64,000 bases of DNA, taken from NCBI RefSeq assembly GCF_018350175.1, contig NC_058368.1, forward strand, positions 149,174,001-149,238,000. The letters run 5' to 3'. A program made the translations under genes and the position numbers. How positions within the stretch are numbered: position 1 is the stretch's first letter; every line of letters begins with the position of its first letter. The notes under the pieces are model-generated. The model worked only from the letters and a program-made list of their open reading frames with translations. It was not told where the DNA came from and made no database searches. Origin of the DNA: Felis catus. Lineage: Eukaryota. This document shows positions 25,101 to 39,927 of this stretch, piece after piece.

Positions 25101-26823
25101 ATCAATCCTGGTCATTTGTATGGCATGCCTTGGTATAAAAGTATTACAAAATGAACATTTTTCTCTCCTTCAGAGACCCAAGTAGGTAGTAATTTTTTCT
25201 TGTCCTTGAAATATTATGACCATTTCTATGGCTTATTTGAAGTCTAAAACTAATTTATTTTAGAAGAGCATTTTTCTAGTAAAAGTAATGATTCTGGAAA
25301 TAACCTAGCTGCAGTTACCATGGTATTATTTCTGTGTGTTGTTGGGAGCTGGAATGTTCATGCAGTCACCCCCATGCATGCCTACGGTTTCTGCTCCCTG
25401 TAACTTAATCTACTTTAACCAACGTTTCCAGTTATTTGGTGACATTGCTCTTTAGAACTGAAAACTGTCCTTCACCAGCTTTCCTTCCCCTTACATAAAA
25501 GTTATCTTTGCTCCCCTATAACTTCCCTTATGCAGAGGTCTAAGCACCCAGACAATATTCTTAGAGTCTGGGGATTGCCACGATCCGGGGTCAGCCTAGC
25601 CAAGCAAGCTGGCTATTCAAGCATCAGATCCACAGAGCCTCCAGCTTTCCAGACCTATGATAGCTGAAGATCAGGGAACTGGGCTGAGGCAAGGATAATA
25701 CCATCAGTTACAAATATTGAGCAAAAACTAAGCATCACAACCTGGGTCATATTCTTTATATCAATTGGCTATGCAATTCACATAATACCGCTTTCAAGTA
25801 GGTAACAGCTTTATCTCATATTTTACAGATGAACTGAGGTTCAGGAGCTTAGATGTATTGCTCAATTTCATCCAAAAGGAAGCAGAGATTAAACTCAAAG
25901 CCAGATCTGCCTTATTCCATAGTCATTCTTCCCAAAACTGCTTTATTTACTTCTTGGGTGGGGGAAGATTGCAGAGAAGGGAAACAGATCTTAAAGTCTT
26001 AATCTTGGTGTGTATTCTGCAGAGACAGGGAGAGAGGAAAGATTAATTGTATTAATAGAACTCTTAACAGTGGAGGAGTCATATTAAGACCTTGGGCGTT
26101 GCGGGCGGTGGCGGGGTGAGTGGGTGGGGGGGAGGGCTGTGAGGTTAGAATTTATATGTGTGACTGATGAGGATCAAGTTTTACATGGTATCAGATAAAA
26201 TTATCGGTACTACCAGTCATGAAAATACTGAAGAAATAATGAAAGAGCTATATAATTTTAGCTTGGCTATGGAAAATTATAATCATCTGTTGTCCATTCA
26301 GTTTTAATTACCATGTAGCACAACGGCCATTATGCATATCATTAAATAGATGCTAGATTAACTTATGTGCATTTTATTGGATCAAAGCAGTAAAATGCAG
26401 TTTGCAGTATGTTCAGCCTTTATACTTTGTGGTTCATGTAACATAATAATCTACTCAAAGTTAAAAACTATTAGGAGATGTGTTGATTATGAAGTTTTAT
26501 AATATCGTGTTAGCTAATCAATTTTACTACCTTGTATAAACAGTGGAAATGCAGCTGTTAACCTGGATACATGTAACCTACTCTGCTGAAATATTTCAGA
26601 AGGGGAAAATATCCTTTTTAGTGGCAGAAGTGATATCTGGCAATTACCTTTGAACTTCAGTTTTTGATACCAACCAAAATTTATAATTTATTTTATCTAG
26701 GATAATAACCTAGAAAAATATAACTAAGTTAACTTTGGCTAATATCTGGAAGGTAGATATTTTTTGTCATATGTGCTTCTGCATTTACAGTTTTTAAATT
26801 TTTTTTATAATTTTTATGTTTAT

Positions 26824-29800
26824 TTTTTAAATTTATATCCAAATTAGCATATACTGCAACAATGATTTCACGAGTAGATTCCTTAGTGCCCCTTACCCAT
26901 TTAGCCCATCCCCCTTCCCACCACCCCTCCAGTGACCCTCCGTTTGTTCTCCATATGTAAGAGTCTCTTATGCTTTGTCCCCTTCCCTGTTTGTGTATTA
27001 TTTTTGTTTCCCTTCCCTTACGTTCATCTGTTTTGTCTCTTAAAGTCCTCATATGAATGAAGTCATATGGTATTTATCTTTCTCTGACTGACTAGTTTCA
27101 CTTAGCATAGTACCCTCCAGTTGCATCCACGTATGTGCAAATGGCAAGATTTCATTCTTTTTGATTGCCAAGTAATACTCCATTGTATAAATATATACCA
27201 CTTTTTATCCATTCATCCATCGATGGACATTTGGGCTCTTTCCATACTTTGGCTATTGTTGATAGTGCTGCTATAAACATGGGGTGCATGTGTCCCTTCG
27301 AAACAGCACACCTGTATCCCTTGGAAAAATACCTAGTAGTGCAATTACTGGGTCATAGGGTAGTTCTGTTTTTAATTTTTCAAGGAACCTCCATACTGTT
27401 TTCCAGAGTGGCTGCACCAGCTTGCATTGCCACCAGCAATGCAAAAGAGATCTTCTTTCTCTGCATTCTCGCCAACATCTGTTGTTGCCTGAGTTGTTGA
27501 TGTTAGCCATTGTGACAGGTGTGAGGTGGTATCTCATTGTGGTTTTGATTAGTACTTCCCTCATGATGAGTGATATTGAGCATTTTTTTCATGGATCTGT
27601 TCACCATCTGGATGTCTTCTTTGGAAAATTATCTATTCATCCTTTTGCCCATTTCTCCACTGGATTATTTGTATTTGGGGTGTTGAGCTTAATAAGTTGT
27701 TTATAGATTTTAGATACTAACCCTTTATCTGATATGTCATTTGCAAATATCTTCTCCCATTCTGTCGGTTGCCGTTTAGTTTTTCTGATTGTTTCCTTCG
27801 CTGTGCAGAAGCTTTTTATTTTGATGAGGTCCCAGTAGTTCATTTTTACTTTTGTTTCCCTTGCCTCTGCAGACATGTTAAGTAAGAAGTTGCTGTGGCC
27901 AAGATCACAGAGGTTTTGCCTGCTTTCTTCTCGAGGATTTTGATGGCTTCCTGTCTTACATTGAGGTCTTTCATCCATTTTTAGTTTATTTTTCTGTTTG
28001 GTGTAAGAAAGTGGTCCAGGTTCATTCTTCTGCATATCGCTGTCCAGTTTTCCCAGCACCACTTGCTGAAGAGACTGTCTTTATTTCATTGGATGTACTT
28101 TCCCGCTTTGTCAAAGATTAGTTGGCCATACGTTTGTGGGTCCATTTCCAGGTTCTCTATTTTGTTCCATTGATCTGAGTGTCTGCTCTTGTGCCAGTAC
28201 CATACTGTCTTGATGATTACAGCTTTGTAGTATAGCTTGAAGTCTGGGATTGTGATACCTCCTGCTTTGGTTTTCTTTTTCAAGATTGCTTTTGCTATTC
28301 AGGGTCTTTTCTGGTTCCATACAAATTTTAGGATTATTTGTTCTAGCCCTGTGAAGAATTCTGATGTTATTTTCATAGGGATTGCATGGAACATGTAGAT
28401 TGCTTTGGGTAGTATCGACATTTTAACAATATTTGTTCTTCCTATCTAGGAGCAAGGAATCTTTTTCCATTTCTTTGTGTCTTCTTCAGTTTCTTTCATC
28501 AGCTTTCTATAGTTTTCAGTGCATAGATTTTTAACCTCTTTGGTTAGATTTATTCCTAGGTATTTTATGGGTTTTGGGACCGATGGGATCGATCCCCTGA
28601 TTTCTCTTTCTGTCACTTCATTGTTGGTGAATAGGAATGCAACAGATTTCTGTGCATTGATTTTATATCCTACAACTTTGCTGAATTCATGAATCAATTC
28701 TAGCAGTTTTTTGGTAGAATCTTTTGGGTTTTCCATATAGAGTATCATGTCATCTGCGAGGAGTGAAAGTTTGACCTCCTCCTGGCCAATTTGGATGCCT
28801 TTTATTTCTTTGTGTTGTCTGATTGCAGAGGCTCAGACTTCCAGTACTATGTTGAATAACAGTGGTGAGAGTGGACATCCCTGTCTTGTTCCTGACCTTA
28901 GGGGGAAAGCTCTGTTTTTCCCCATTGAGGATGATATTAGTGTTGGGTCATTTATATATGGCTTTTATGATTTAGAGGTTTGATCCTTCTATCCCTACTT
29001 TCTTGAGGGTTTTTATCAAGAAAAGATACTGTATTTTGTTAAATGCTTTCTCTGCATCTATTGTGAGGGTCATATGGCTCTTGTACTTTCTTTTATTAAT
29101 GTGATGAATCATGTTAATTGTTTTGCAGATATTGAACCAGCCCTGCATCCCAGGAATAAACCCCCTTGGTCATGGTGAATAATTTTTTTAGTGTATTGTT
29201 CAATCCGGTTGGCTAATATCTTGTTGAGTTTTGTATCCATGTTCATCGAGGAAATTAGTCTATAGTTCTTCTTTTTAGTGGGGTCTCTGTCCGGTTTTGG
29301 AATCAATCTGGTTGGCTTCATAGAAAGAGTTTGGAAATTTTCCTTCCATTTCCATTTATTGAAACACCTTCAAGAGGATAGGTGTCAACTCTTCCTTAAA
29401 TGTTTGGTAGAATTCCCCTGTAAAGCCATCTGGCCCTGGACTCTTGCTTTTTGGGAGATATGTGATTATTAATTTTATTTCTTTACTGGTTATGGGTCTG
29501 TTCAAATTTTCTATTTCTTCCTGTTTCAGTTTTGGTAGTGTATATGTTTCTAGGAATTTGTCCATTTCTTCCAGATTGCCCATTTTATTGGCTTATAATT
29601 GCTCATAATACTCTCTTATTATTGTTTTTATTTCTGCTGTGTTGGTTGTGACCTTTCCTCTTTAATTCTTGATTTTATTTATTTGGGTCCTTCCCTTTTT
29701 CTTTTTGACCAAACTGGCTAGTAGCTTATCATTTTTGGTATTTCTTTCAAAGAACCAGCTTCTAGTTTCACTGATCTGTTCTACTGGTTTTTTGTTTGTT

Positions 29801-30951
29801 TGTTTGTTTGTTTGTTTGTTTGTTTCAATAGCATTAATTTCTGCTCTAATCTTTATTATTTCCTGTCTTCTGCTGGTTTTGGGTTTTATTCGCTGTTCTT
29901 TTTCCAGCTCTTAAAGGCATAAGGTTAGGTTGTGTATCTGAGATCTTTCTTCCTTCTTTAGGAAGGCCTGGATTGCTATATACTTTCTTCTTAGGACCAC
30001 CTTTGCTGCGTCCCAGAGGTTTTGGATTATGGTGTTATCATTTTCATTTATTTCCATATACTTTTTAATTTCCATATACATTTAATTAATGAATGGTTGG
30101 CCCATTCATTCTTTAGTAGGATGTTCTTTAGTCTCCAAGTATTTGTTACCTTTCCAAATTTTTTCTTGTGGTTGTTTTTGAGTTTCATAACGTTGTGGTC
30201 TGAAAATATGTATGGTATGATCTCAGTCTTTTTGTCCTTGCTGAGGACTGATTTGTGTCCCAGTATGTGTTCTATTCTGCAGAACATTCCATGAGCCCTG
30301 GAGAAGAATGTATATTCTGCTCCTTTAGGATGAGATGTTCTGAATATGTCTGTCAAGTCCTTCTAGTCCAGTGTGTCATTCAAAGCCATTGTTTCCTTGT
30401 TGATTTTTTGATTAGATGATCTGCCCATTGCTGTGAGTGAGGTGTCGAAGTCTCACACTATTATGGTATTACTATCAATGAGTTTCTTTATGCTTGTGAT
30501 TAATTGATTTATATATTTGGGTGTTCCCACATTTGTCACGTAAGTGTTTACAATTGTAGGGCTTCTTGGTGGACAGACCCCTTAATTATGATATAATGCC
30601 CTTCTTCGTCTCATCATACAGTCTTTATTTTAAAGTCTAGATTGTCTGATATAAGTATGGCTACTCCAGCTTTCTTTTGTTGACCATTAGCATGATAGAT
30701 TGTTCTCCATCCCCTTACTTTCAATGTGAAGGTGTCTTTAGGTCTAAAGTGGGTCTCTTGTAAACAGCACATAGATGGATTTTGTTTTCTTATCCATTCT
30801 GTTACCCTATGTCTTTTGATTGGAGCATTCAGTCCATTGATGTTTAGAGTAAGTACTGAAAGATATGAATTTATTGACATTATGTTGCTTATAGAGTTGG
30901 AGTTTCTGGTGGTTTTCTCTGGTCCTTTCTAATCTTTGTTGCTTTTGAACT

Positions 30952-31006
<55 letters not shown>

Positions 31007-33606
31007 TTCTCTTCTTCCCTCAGAGAATCCCCCTTAAAATTTCTTGCAGGGGTGGTTTAGTGGTCACAAACTCCTTTAATTTTTGTTTGTCTGGGAAACA
31101 TTTTATCTCTCCTTCTATGTTGATTGAAAACCTTGCTGGATAAAGAATTCTTAGCAACATATTTTTCTGATTCAGCACATTGAATATATCCTGCCACTCC
31201 TTTCTGACCTGACAAGTTTCTGTGGATATGTCTTCTGCAAACCTGATCTGTCTTCCTTTGTAGGTTAAGGACTTTTTTTCACTTGCTGCTTTCATGATTC
31301 TCTCCTTGCCTAAGTATTTTGTGAATTTGACTATGATACGCCTTGCTATTGGTCAGTCTTTGTTGAATCTAATGGGAGTCCTCTGTGCTTCCTGGATTTT
31401 GATGTCTGTGTCTCTCCCCAGGTTAAGAAAGTTTCCCACTATGAGTTGCTCACATAACTCTTCTACTCCTATTTCTCTCTCTTCCTCCTCTGGGACCCCT
31501 ATGATTCTGATGTTGTTCCTTTTTAATGAGTCACTGATTTCTGTAATTCTTAAATCTTTCTCTTTTGCCTAAATCTCCTTCTTTTTTTTTTTCTGCTTCA
31601 TTATTCTCCATAAGTTTGTCCTCTATATCACTGATTCTCTTTTCTGCCTCATCCATCCTTGCCACCTCAGCATCCATTTGAGGTTGCAAATCAGTTATAG
31701 CATTTTTTATTTCATCCTGACTAGCTTTTACTTCTTTTGTCTCCACAGAGAGGGATTCTAATCTATTTTAGACTCCAGCTAGTATTCTTCTTATTGTGAT
31801 TCTAAATTCTGGTTCAGACAGCTTGCTTGTATCTGTATTGGTTAAGTCCCTGGCTGTTGTTTCTTCCTGCTCTTTCTTTCGGGGTGAATCCTTTGTTTTG
31901 TCATTTTGAAAGGAGAAAGGAAATTAATGAGGTAGAAAAGATTAAAATTAAAAAAATGAAATTAAAGAAAATTAAAACTAAAAAAAAATTAATACACACA
32001 CTTGAGTAAATGATGCTCGATCCTATGTGTTTTGGTCTGGGTGTTGAAAGTGACTTGATAGATTAGAGAAAAAAGGAAAGAAAAAAAGGAAATCATTTGA
32101 AAATTTGAAAAATGAATACACTGAAGTAGACTAAAATGACATAATGGAAGTAAAATAGAATTTGAAAAAAGTTACACAAAAGTAAAAAATATAGTAGAAA
32201 AAACTTGAAGAATATTTTTAATAAAAATTGAACATAAAAATGAATTTTTTCTCTTTCTGTATTCAAGGAAAAGGAAAAAAAAGAAAAAGAGAAAAAAAAG
32301 AAAAAGAAAATTGAATAGATGGTCCAGGTAACAGACTGAAGTATGACTGAAATTACTTAGTTTCCCCCTAGAAGTCAAACTATGAAGTCCATAAACTAAG
32401 TTCTAGTCCATAAACTAAGCAGGCGGTGAGACCTGTGTTCTTGAAGAAGGAGGTTGGCCCAGTTGTTCAGGGCCTAGTGTAGCAGCTCCATTCTCCAGTA
32501 GATGGTGCTGCTAGCCTACTGGGGTGGATTATTGTGGCGATTGTAGGTGCGTATGTGCATGCACGGGAGCAGTGAAAATGGCATCATCCAGCTACGCAGT
32601 CTCTAGTATTGGAACTCTGTTCTCAATGATCAGCATTCGTGCAACCATCCTTTGTCTTCATCTTCTATCCATTCTCTGCTTCCTCACTGTCAGTGACCAA
32701 GCCCCAGGCAGCACCTCCCTCCCGAGTTTTGTCTCAGATGCGGCTGTCTTCCCTGGCCCCCCACTTCTGAGGGACTGCGGCTTTGACCAGCTCTACCCCC
32801 TGTGGAGTGTCTCACCGAGCAATGGCTGGGTGCTAGCCACACCCAGGAACTCTCGTGGGACTGTGCTGCTGCTGATGCCCAGAGACTGTGGCCAGGTGCC
32901 AGCCCACCCCAGAAAAAGTTCACAAGACAGTGTAGCAGTAGCACCTCAGGGATTATGGAAAATCACACACACATCTGACACCAGGCTTCACCCCCAATGA
33001 CCTTGTTCCAACACCAGTGAATGTGGCCTTTCTCTGGGGTCTGCTAGCCCCAGGTAGCCTCACAGACTCTACCAAATGTCCTTCCAGCAGTGGAACCACT
33101 TCTCTTCGTGTAGCCCAAGGACCTCCTGGACCCCACTCTGCTCCTGTGGATCCGTCCTTCCCACCAGAGCACCGCCAGGTATCGAGCTGCGGAGTTACAG
33201 ACTCTGTGCTCCCCCTGTTTACAGTCTTAATGGAATTTAAACCCTCTCCTTTCTCCTTTCTCCCTTTTTAGTTCAGTCCTTGTGGCTGTTTCCAACTTTC
33301 CACTTTCTCTCCAGCTGCCTTTGGGGAGGGGTGCTTTTCCTGTATTCTCCCCCCACCCCCCATCTCCATCCTCTCTCCACATGCAAAAGCGGCTCCCTGC
33401 CCTCTGCAGTTTCTCTCTCCCCACATTCACCTCTCCACACCGCATACCTGCTGAATTCTGTGGTTCAGGTTGTGCAGATTGTTCTGTTAATCTGGAGATG
33501 AGTTTTCTAGGTGTACAGAATGTTTTGGTGTTGGTCTGGCTGTATTTCATGGACACAAGACACACAAAAAACTTCGATGCTGTTCTTCCATCTTAGCTCC
33601 TCCCTC
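26824..33606 (-). mobile_element. Full-length, disabled carnivore LINE-1 (older family)
   Basis: Fragmented ORF1 (about 31904-31020) and ORF2 (about 30880-27050) peptides in the ORF track (EN motifs NINGLN and QETH, RT and Cys-rich pieces); GC-rich 5' UTR; candidate TSD tatgtttat (26815-26823, 33607-33615). Confidence 0.95.
30952..31009. repeat. (TTTA)n microsatellite in the L1 inter-ORF spacer
   Basis: Direct reading. Confidence 0.95.
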
Positions 33607-34743
33607 TATGTTTATCTAGAATTTTAAAGTTTTAATTTCATAATGAAATATCAAATAACTGACATAGCTATGCTATTGTCATCAACTGAATGAGGTACTA
33701 CAACGTAGTAGCTAAATTTAAGAGCCCCAGAGATTTTTCAGAGATTAATTCTTAGTTCTCACACTTCACACTATGTGGCTTTCATATCTGTTTCTTTATC
33801 TATGAAATGTAAACTAATAACAGTACAGGATAGTGTCTATTGCATGAGGTGTCTGGGAAGATTTCAGTAGCCCTATTAACGCAATCAGTCCTGTTCCTGA
33901 CACACTGTAAGTTTTCATTAAATATGACCAACTATTATTGAGTGGTTTTATTTTTCTAATTTTACTTACTCAGTCCTTTTTAGATCTGTCTGACATTTTA
34001 CAAATTCTATTAAAGGGAAAACTAAATTTACAAAACTGATCATTTGACAGGTATCTAAATAAAAATCCTCAAAGTATAGCCGCTTATTTTTTTTTTAATT
34101 TGTTGAATAAAACTGGCCATTTCAGAGCAATCACAAATATGACTTCTTGCTGCTCGAGCCCCAAATGGAGCCTTGTGACAGATTTCTTGTGCCACACTAA
34201 TGAAGAGTCTTGAGAAGAGCAATTGGGAGGAGGGATATGTAAGGAACTATCTAGAGAACATTCTTTAAAATAAGGTTAATGGCACATAGGGCATCCTAAT
34301 AAAATACTGTTGAGAGAAGTAATACATGTCTTGTCTTAGTTATTTTTAGTCTCAATTTTATCATTTTTAAACTGAAAGATTTAATCTAAAATGATTATAA
34401 GTTCCCCTGTTTTCTCTTTTTTGTTCTAAGAGACTGAAAACAAACAAACAAATAAAAACAAATATCTGTGATGTAAAATAGAAAGAATTGTTCGAGGTAA
34501 TTCCAAAGAACAGAATTGGGAGAAATTAATGGAAGGCAAATTTTATTATGTTATTTTGTTGTTGTTTTTAATCATCCTCATTACCTCCTAGGATTTTTGT
34601 GAAAATTCAGTTGAAATTTTGTAGGGGGCTTAACACAGTACCCATTAAATTTTGCCTATTATTATTTTTATCAAGATACAGTTCAAAGGCTCTGTACTTG
34701 GAATAAATAAAATTTGATTCAACTTAAAGGAAGAAAATCATAT

Positions 34744-34962
34744 GGGGCATCTGGGTGGCTCAGTCTGTTAGGTGTCCAACTTCAGCTCAGGTCATGATCT
34801 TGTGGTTAGTAAGTTTGAGTCCGTGTCAGGCTCTATACCTGAGCAGCTCAGAGCCTGGAGCCTGCTTCAGGTTTTGTGTCTCCTTCTCTCTCTCTCTGCC
34901 CTTCCCCCACTCGTGCCCTGTCTCTCAAAGAGAATAAATGTTAAAAAAAAAAAAAGAAAAAA
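34744..34962 (+). mobile_element. Can-SINE
   Basis: TSD aaaggaag(a/g)aaatcatat. Confidence 0.93.
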
Positions 34963-35194
34963 AAAGGAAGGAAATCATATGTAAACAATGGAATTATGAG
35001 GTTGTACCCATATTGTAAAAGCATTAGAAAAAGCATGTTTCCTAAAGCATTTGAAAGAGTATGATCATAAGCAAGATGCTAACAGATTAAAATATCTTTA
35101 TCCATCAAGTTGTTTTTTTTACATTCACTGGAACATAATTCTATCATGGTAATATTTAAGACTCTGCTTTTTAGATTTCTTAATGTCTGGGGTT

Positions 35195-35330
35195 TTTTTA
35201 ATTTTAATTCCAGGATAATCTACAGTGTTATATTAGTTTCAGGTATACAATATAGTAATTGGACAATTCTAAACATTTGTCAGTGCTTACCATAAGTGTA
35301 CTCTTAATCCTCTTCACCTATTTCACTTAT
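35195..35330 (-). mobile_element. Short L1 (L1_Carn-like) 3' end
   Basis: tacagtgttatattagtttcaggtatacaatatagt...ataagtgtactcttaatcc..ttcacctatttcac. Confidence 0.7.
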
Positions 35331-38265
35331 TTTGTTATATTATAAATTTCTGGAAACCAGAGATTTGCTACCTAAGTTCCATGGACCCCAAATATGGGAT
35401 TTCAAAGGATAAGCTTCTTGAAAGTATTCGAAAAATTCTGTGTGCATGTGCATTTTTCAAGGAGGAATATACTTCATTTTCATCAGATTCTCAAATAAAT
35501 CAGAATTGGAGTCTGAGTCACTGATTTAAATGAATAATGCTTCCTTCCATGTGCAAGAAAGCTAGAAGATAAAGCCAGTGCATAAATAAGGTACTCCCAA
35601 AATGAGTTTTATTAAAAACACTTATCACTGGCACCTTTTTACTAAATGCTCTGTGACAAAGCCTATTTAAAATGGATTTGTAGATTAGACTTGAATGTAG
35701 TGATTAAATATCTAACAACTCTGTAAGTCACATCTGATCAACCAAAGAGAGATGAGAATACTTATATCACCTGTTTACCTCACTGTGTTTGAATTTCCAA
35801 TCTTGGTTTGATAAGCTCTATAGAACAGACCTAGATAATAATTCCTGAATTCTTATTTTCAGCTCTAAGAATGATAAAATTTTTAGCCTCTTATAATAAA
35901 AATACTTAGAAAACTTATTTTGAGCTAATATTGCCAAAAGAAAGCTAAATGCCACTATGACAATACTCTTTATTACAGTATATGTATGTGTGCATAATAT
36001 CAACAAAAAGAGACATTTTACCTGTTTGTTCAATTACATGAGAGCATGTAATAATCTATTTAAAAGAGCAGGAATAGGCCTGATGAACTGTTAAGCAAGG
36101 AGGTCAACCTTTCCTGATTTTCTATTTAATTTGGGTAACATTGGCAATGCAAAGAAAAGACAGTACTGCCAAAGTCAATATCCCAGATCTCCATGTCTAT
36201 GCAACAGCTTTCTCTGTGCTAATAGCGTTTATGCCATCTGTCTGTTTCCAATTAAAGTCCATTTTTGATTCAATGACCAGATGTTTCACATTGTGGGGCC
36301 ATTTTGTTATCTTTTCCTCTGCCTCAAAATTAGTACATTTACTCCAGTGTTGACGCTGTTTACATTTTCTTTTTTTTTCTTTCTTTTTGCATTTTGGATA
36401 TCATAAACTACTGCTTCGTGCATTTTTTCCAAGTCATGAAATAGATTTCCCATTTCCTTCTTTATGTTATTGCCTACAGACTGTTGAATATGTTTGTACT
36501 TGTAATGTCAGTTAATGATCGCTCATATACAATGTCTGTTTACCTGATTTTTCATATACTTAACTATACAAATGAAATTTTCTACTATAAAAAAAAACCC
36601 TGCATAAATAATACATTTTAAATTAAAATCACTAAATATATGCTTCCTCGGGGAAAGGCAAATTACTGTATTAGTTACTTTTTCTGTGCTTTGTTACTTT
36701 AACTATTTTCTGAATTCTACCCATAAACCTGTATATTTCCAATCTCAACTCTATCAAAGTCAGTTTTGTTCATTTTTAGATAATAAAACAACAACAACAA
36801 AAATAAACTTGAAAAACATTAGATTAAGTTCCAGTCTCATTTTCTACTCAGATTTTATTGGTTATTCTAATTTTAGAGAAATATTTTCAGAGTTATGCTT
36901 GATGATGTTCTTATTCTAACAACCTCTGCATGCTGCCATTTCATGAAGTATAGATGTACAACAGCTGGAGTTTGTAATTTTCCATTTTGTCATTGGCATT
37001 GGTGAATACTATACGAACATCTTTGGAAAAGTCCTTGTGGTTGGTATATTGTCATGGACAATTTGAATATTCTCTCTGACATAAGTGCCAGGTTCTAATA
37101 TCTAATATCTATGATGGCCGGGCTCTACAAAGGGCATTATTTTTAGTAAAGAAGCCAAAATAATAAAATTTTACGACATGGAACAAGGAAGAGGTACTAT
37201 CAACCTTTAAAGGTCCCCAGAATATCTGCCTCCCTACTATGGAAGTGGCTGCCTGAGTTCAGTTACTCTGTGGGAGAGCTTTTGAGTAGATTAGAACCAT
37301 AAATTTCTCATTTTTTTTTACTGATAAATAGAATAAGGCCTCATGTCATCATTGAATTTTTCTTAAAACTTGATATGAAAAAAATGTGTATTAACGGTAT
37401 TCATTTTATTCTTTATTCTAGGCTTTTTCTCTCTCTTAGTAGACACTCAGCAACTTGAAAATCTAGACCCAGTAGTATCAGACTCATCTGGAGTTTCCTA
37501 ATACTCAAATTCTTTCTACTTTGAAGGTCAAGTTTAAATATTAGGTCCTCCAAGGAACCTCATGAGCTGTATATCCTCACCTTAGAAATCACTGCCTCCT
37601 TTGTACTCTTCATACATTTCTTGTAGCAGTTTTTACTTAATAGGATGGAATATATTGGCACATCACATGTCTTTCATGTATTTTAAGTGCCATGGTGGGA
37701 CATAAAGCTTATCCCTGTGCTTTCCCATTACGTCTAACACAACTACCAAGAATCATTTGTAAACTGAATTGATTGATTGATTACTCAGACTGTGCTTGGC
37801 CAAATTTCCTTGTGCTCTAAATTTTCTCCACAAATAAAACTCAACTATTTCTGTTTAAATCATTCGGGGCCTGCTATGTTCCTGAAATTAGACTAATAAA
37901 AGAATTCATGGCAAGTTAGTAATATAAATTATTATTTTCTTAAATAGGCATTTTAATTTTAACACAATCTTGACTTTAGCAAGCCTAAAAGCTTGATGAT
38001 AAAAGACTTTCAAGTCCAAACATGAGCAGGTAATAGCAGAGCCTTTGAGCTCAAGAGAGGTCACCCTGTCACATAATATTGCATACTGTCATTCAGATAA
38101 AACTGCTCCTATTCATTCTGAATCAAACTATACTTTAAACAATAGAGGACTATTTACACAACGACCATTAAAGTCTGGTTTGGACAATTCTATTAAATTT
38201 CATTACAAACACTGATTATTGATTCTCAAACTTAACAATATTTAAAGTGAATCACTGTACGTTTT

Positions 38266-38297
<32 letters not shown>

Positions 38298-38308
38298 GGT
38301 TGTTGTTT
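38266..38308. repeat. (TTG)n microsatellite
   Basis: Direct reading. Confidence 0.92.
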
Positions 38309-38739
38309 TCAGTGGGAATTTCTATGTCCCATCTATGTCCCATTTAATTTTATATGTATGACTTTCAGGACTCTCCATTTTCACAAACACCCACCTGATT
38401 CTAATGGGTAGTCAGAGGACTGCATAACAAGAAACCTAAATGATCTAAAGATGATGCCCCCAGAATTGAAATTTATTTCCCAAGAGATTAAGATATTTTT
38501 GTATCCTTCAGTAACTGTGTTTTTATTTCATGCCATTTTATGAAATGTGAATATAATGTGCTTCAAAATTTTGATGCAAAAAGGATAGCAAAGAGCATCT
38601 GAAATTTTTTTAAGTGGAAATACTGAAAAAGAAAAATTATGCATTTACCAACAATTTATATAAATTTTATTAGTTAAGAGTAAAGCATAAGAAACTGTTA
38701 AGAATATACATTTCATTAAAGGCATGAAGCTAAATTTTA

Positions 38740-38950
38740 TATTTATTTTAAAATTTTTTTAAATGTTTATTTTTGAGAAAGAGACAAAGTGTGAGCAGGA
38801 GAGGGGCAGAGAGAAAGTGAGACACAGAATCTGAAGCAGGTTTCTAGCTCTGAGCTTTCAGCATGAGGCAGACACAGGGCTTGAACACACAGTAAGATCA
38901 TGACCTGAGCTAAAGTCAGATGCTTACTAACTGAGCCACCCAGGTGCCCC
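38740..38950 (-). mobile_element. Can-SINE
   Basis: TSD taaatttta. Confidence 0.9.
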
Positions 38951-39113
38951 ATAAATTTTAGATTTACTTCTTTTTATGTTCAATAAGTATAAATTATGTT
39001 TTTCAAAATTAAAAATGAGATAATATTGAATCTCATCACTGAGAACGTTCTGTCAATTTTGAAGTTCCTTTTATGTGATGTCAAATTTTAGATTTAAAAA
39101 TAAAAAAACTCTG

Positions 39114-39324
39114 TGTGCCTGAGTGGGTCAGTTGATTAAGGGTCCAATTTTGGCTCAGGTGACAGTCTCAGGTTTGTGAGTTCCAGCCCTGTGTCAGGCT
39201 CTGTGCTAACAGTTCAGAGCCTGAAGCCTGCTTCATATTCTGTGTCTCCCTCTCTCTGCCCCTCCCCTATTCATGCTCTGTCTCTGTCTCAGAAATAAAC
39301 ATTAAAAAAAAATTAAAAAAAAAA
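39114..39324 (+). mobile_element. Can-SINE
   Basis: Degenerate head, body and A tail. Confidence 0.88.
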
Positions 39325-39863
39325 ACTTAGTAAGGATGTTTTTCACTAATGTTATGGTGAATCTTAGAGACATTCTTTTTCTTTTTCTTTTTTTTTCTTT
39401 TTTTTTTTTTTTTTAATTTGTAGGGGGAAACCAGAACAGTGCCCTGTGACTCAGGAAATTTTCAGCGAATTAATATACAATTTTTTTCCAAAAGTCTCAT
39501 CTCAATTCTATCAACTATTATTACATCCTCTGATCATACGCGGGGAGATTAAAAATCCCTGCTCTTATGCACATCTTATTTTAATTTCATGGATCGTGAA
39601 TAAAATTAAAAGAGATGGGAATATCTTGAAAGTCAAAATTATCTTTTCTTCTTTCATTTTACATAAATTTATATAGAAAATACCTCTTTTAATCCTCCTC
39701 TGTGTGCCAGGCACAACTTTGAAACTAGAGATAAAATGGTAAATCAGATAAGTAATATTCTGTTTCTCAAAGAAATTAGGCTCTTATTAGAGGAACAGAG
39801 GACTAAATAATAATACATAAGCGAAAAGGGAATTGATAGTTAAAACTAGGCGGATAATTAAGA

Positions 39864-39927
39864 AGTGGGAGGGGGGATGGGCTAAATGGGAAAGGGGCAT
39901 TAAGGAATCTACTCCTGAAATCATTGT
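39864..39927 (+). mobile_element. Isolated ~65-bp L1 3' UTR fragment
   Basis: gggatgggctaaatgggaaaggggcattaaggaatctactcctgaaatcattgt matches the reverse complement of about 26860-26915 (3' UTR of the older L1). Confidence 0.8.

Noticed and set aside
26570..26650. Plus-strand TYSAEIF...SDIWQL kinase-like words
   Set aside because: Needs a frameshift, lacks splice support and is on the opposite strand; it shows how easily such motifs arise by chance.
32524..33000. 158-aa plus-strand ORF antisense to the L1 5' UTR (ORF0-like?)
   Set aside because: GTG start in GC-rich UTR sequence with no recognisable motifs; ORF0 is known from primate L1s, and a chance ORF is likely.
36980..37060. Bromodomain-like YTNHKDFSKDVRIVFTNA
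   Set aside because: Short match only; the flanking bromodomain motifs (PMDL, conserved YN) are absent.
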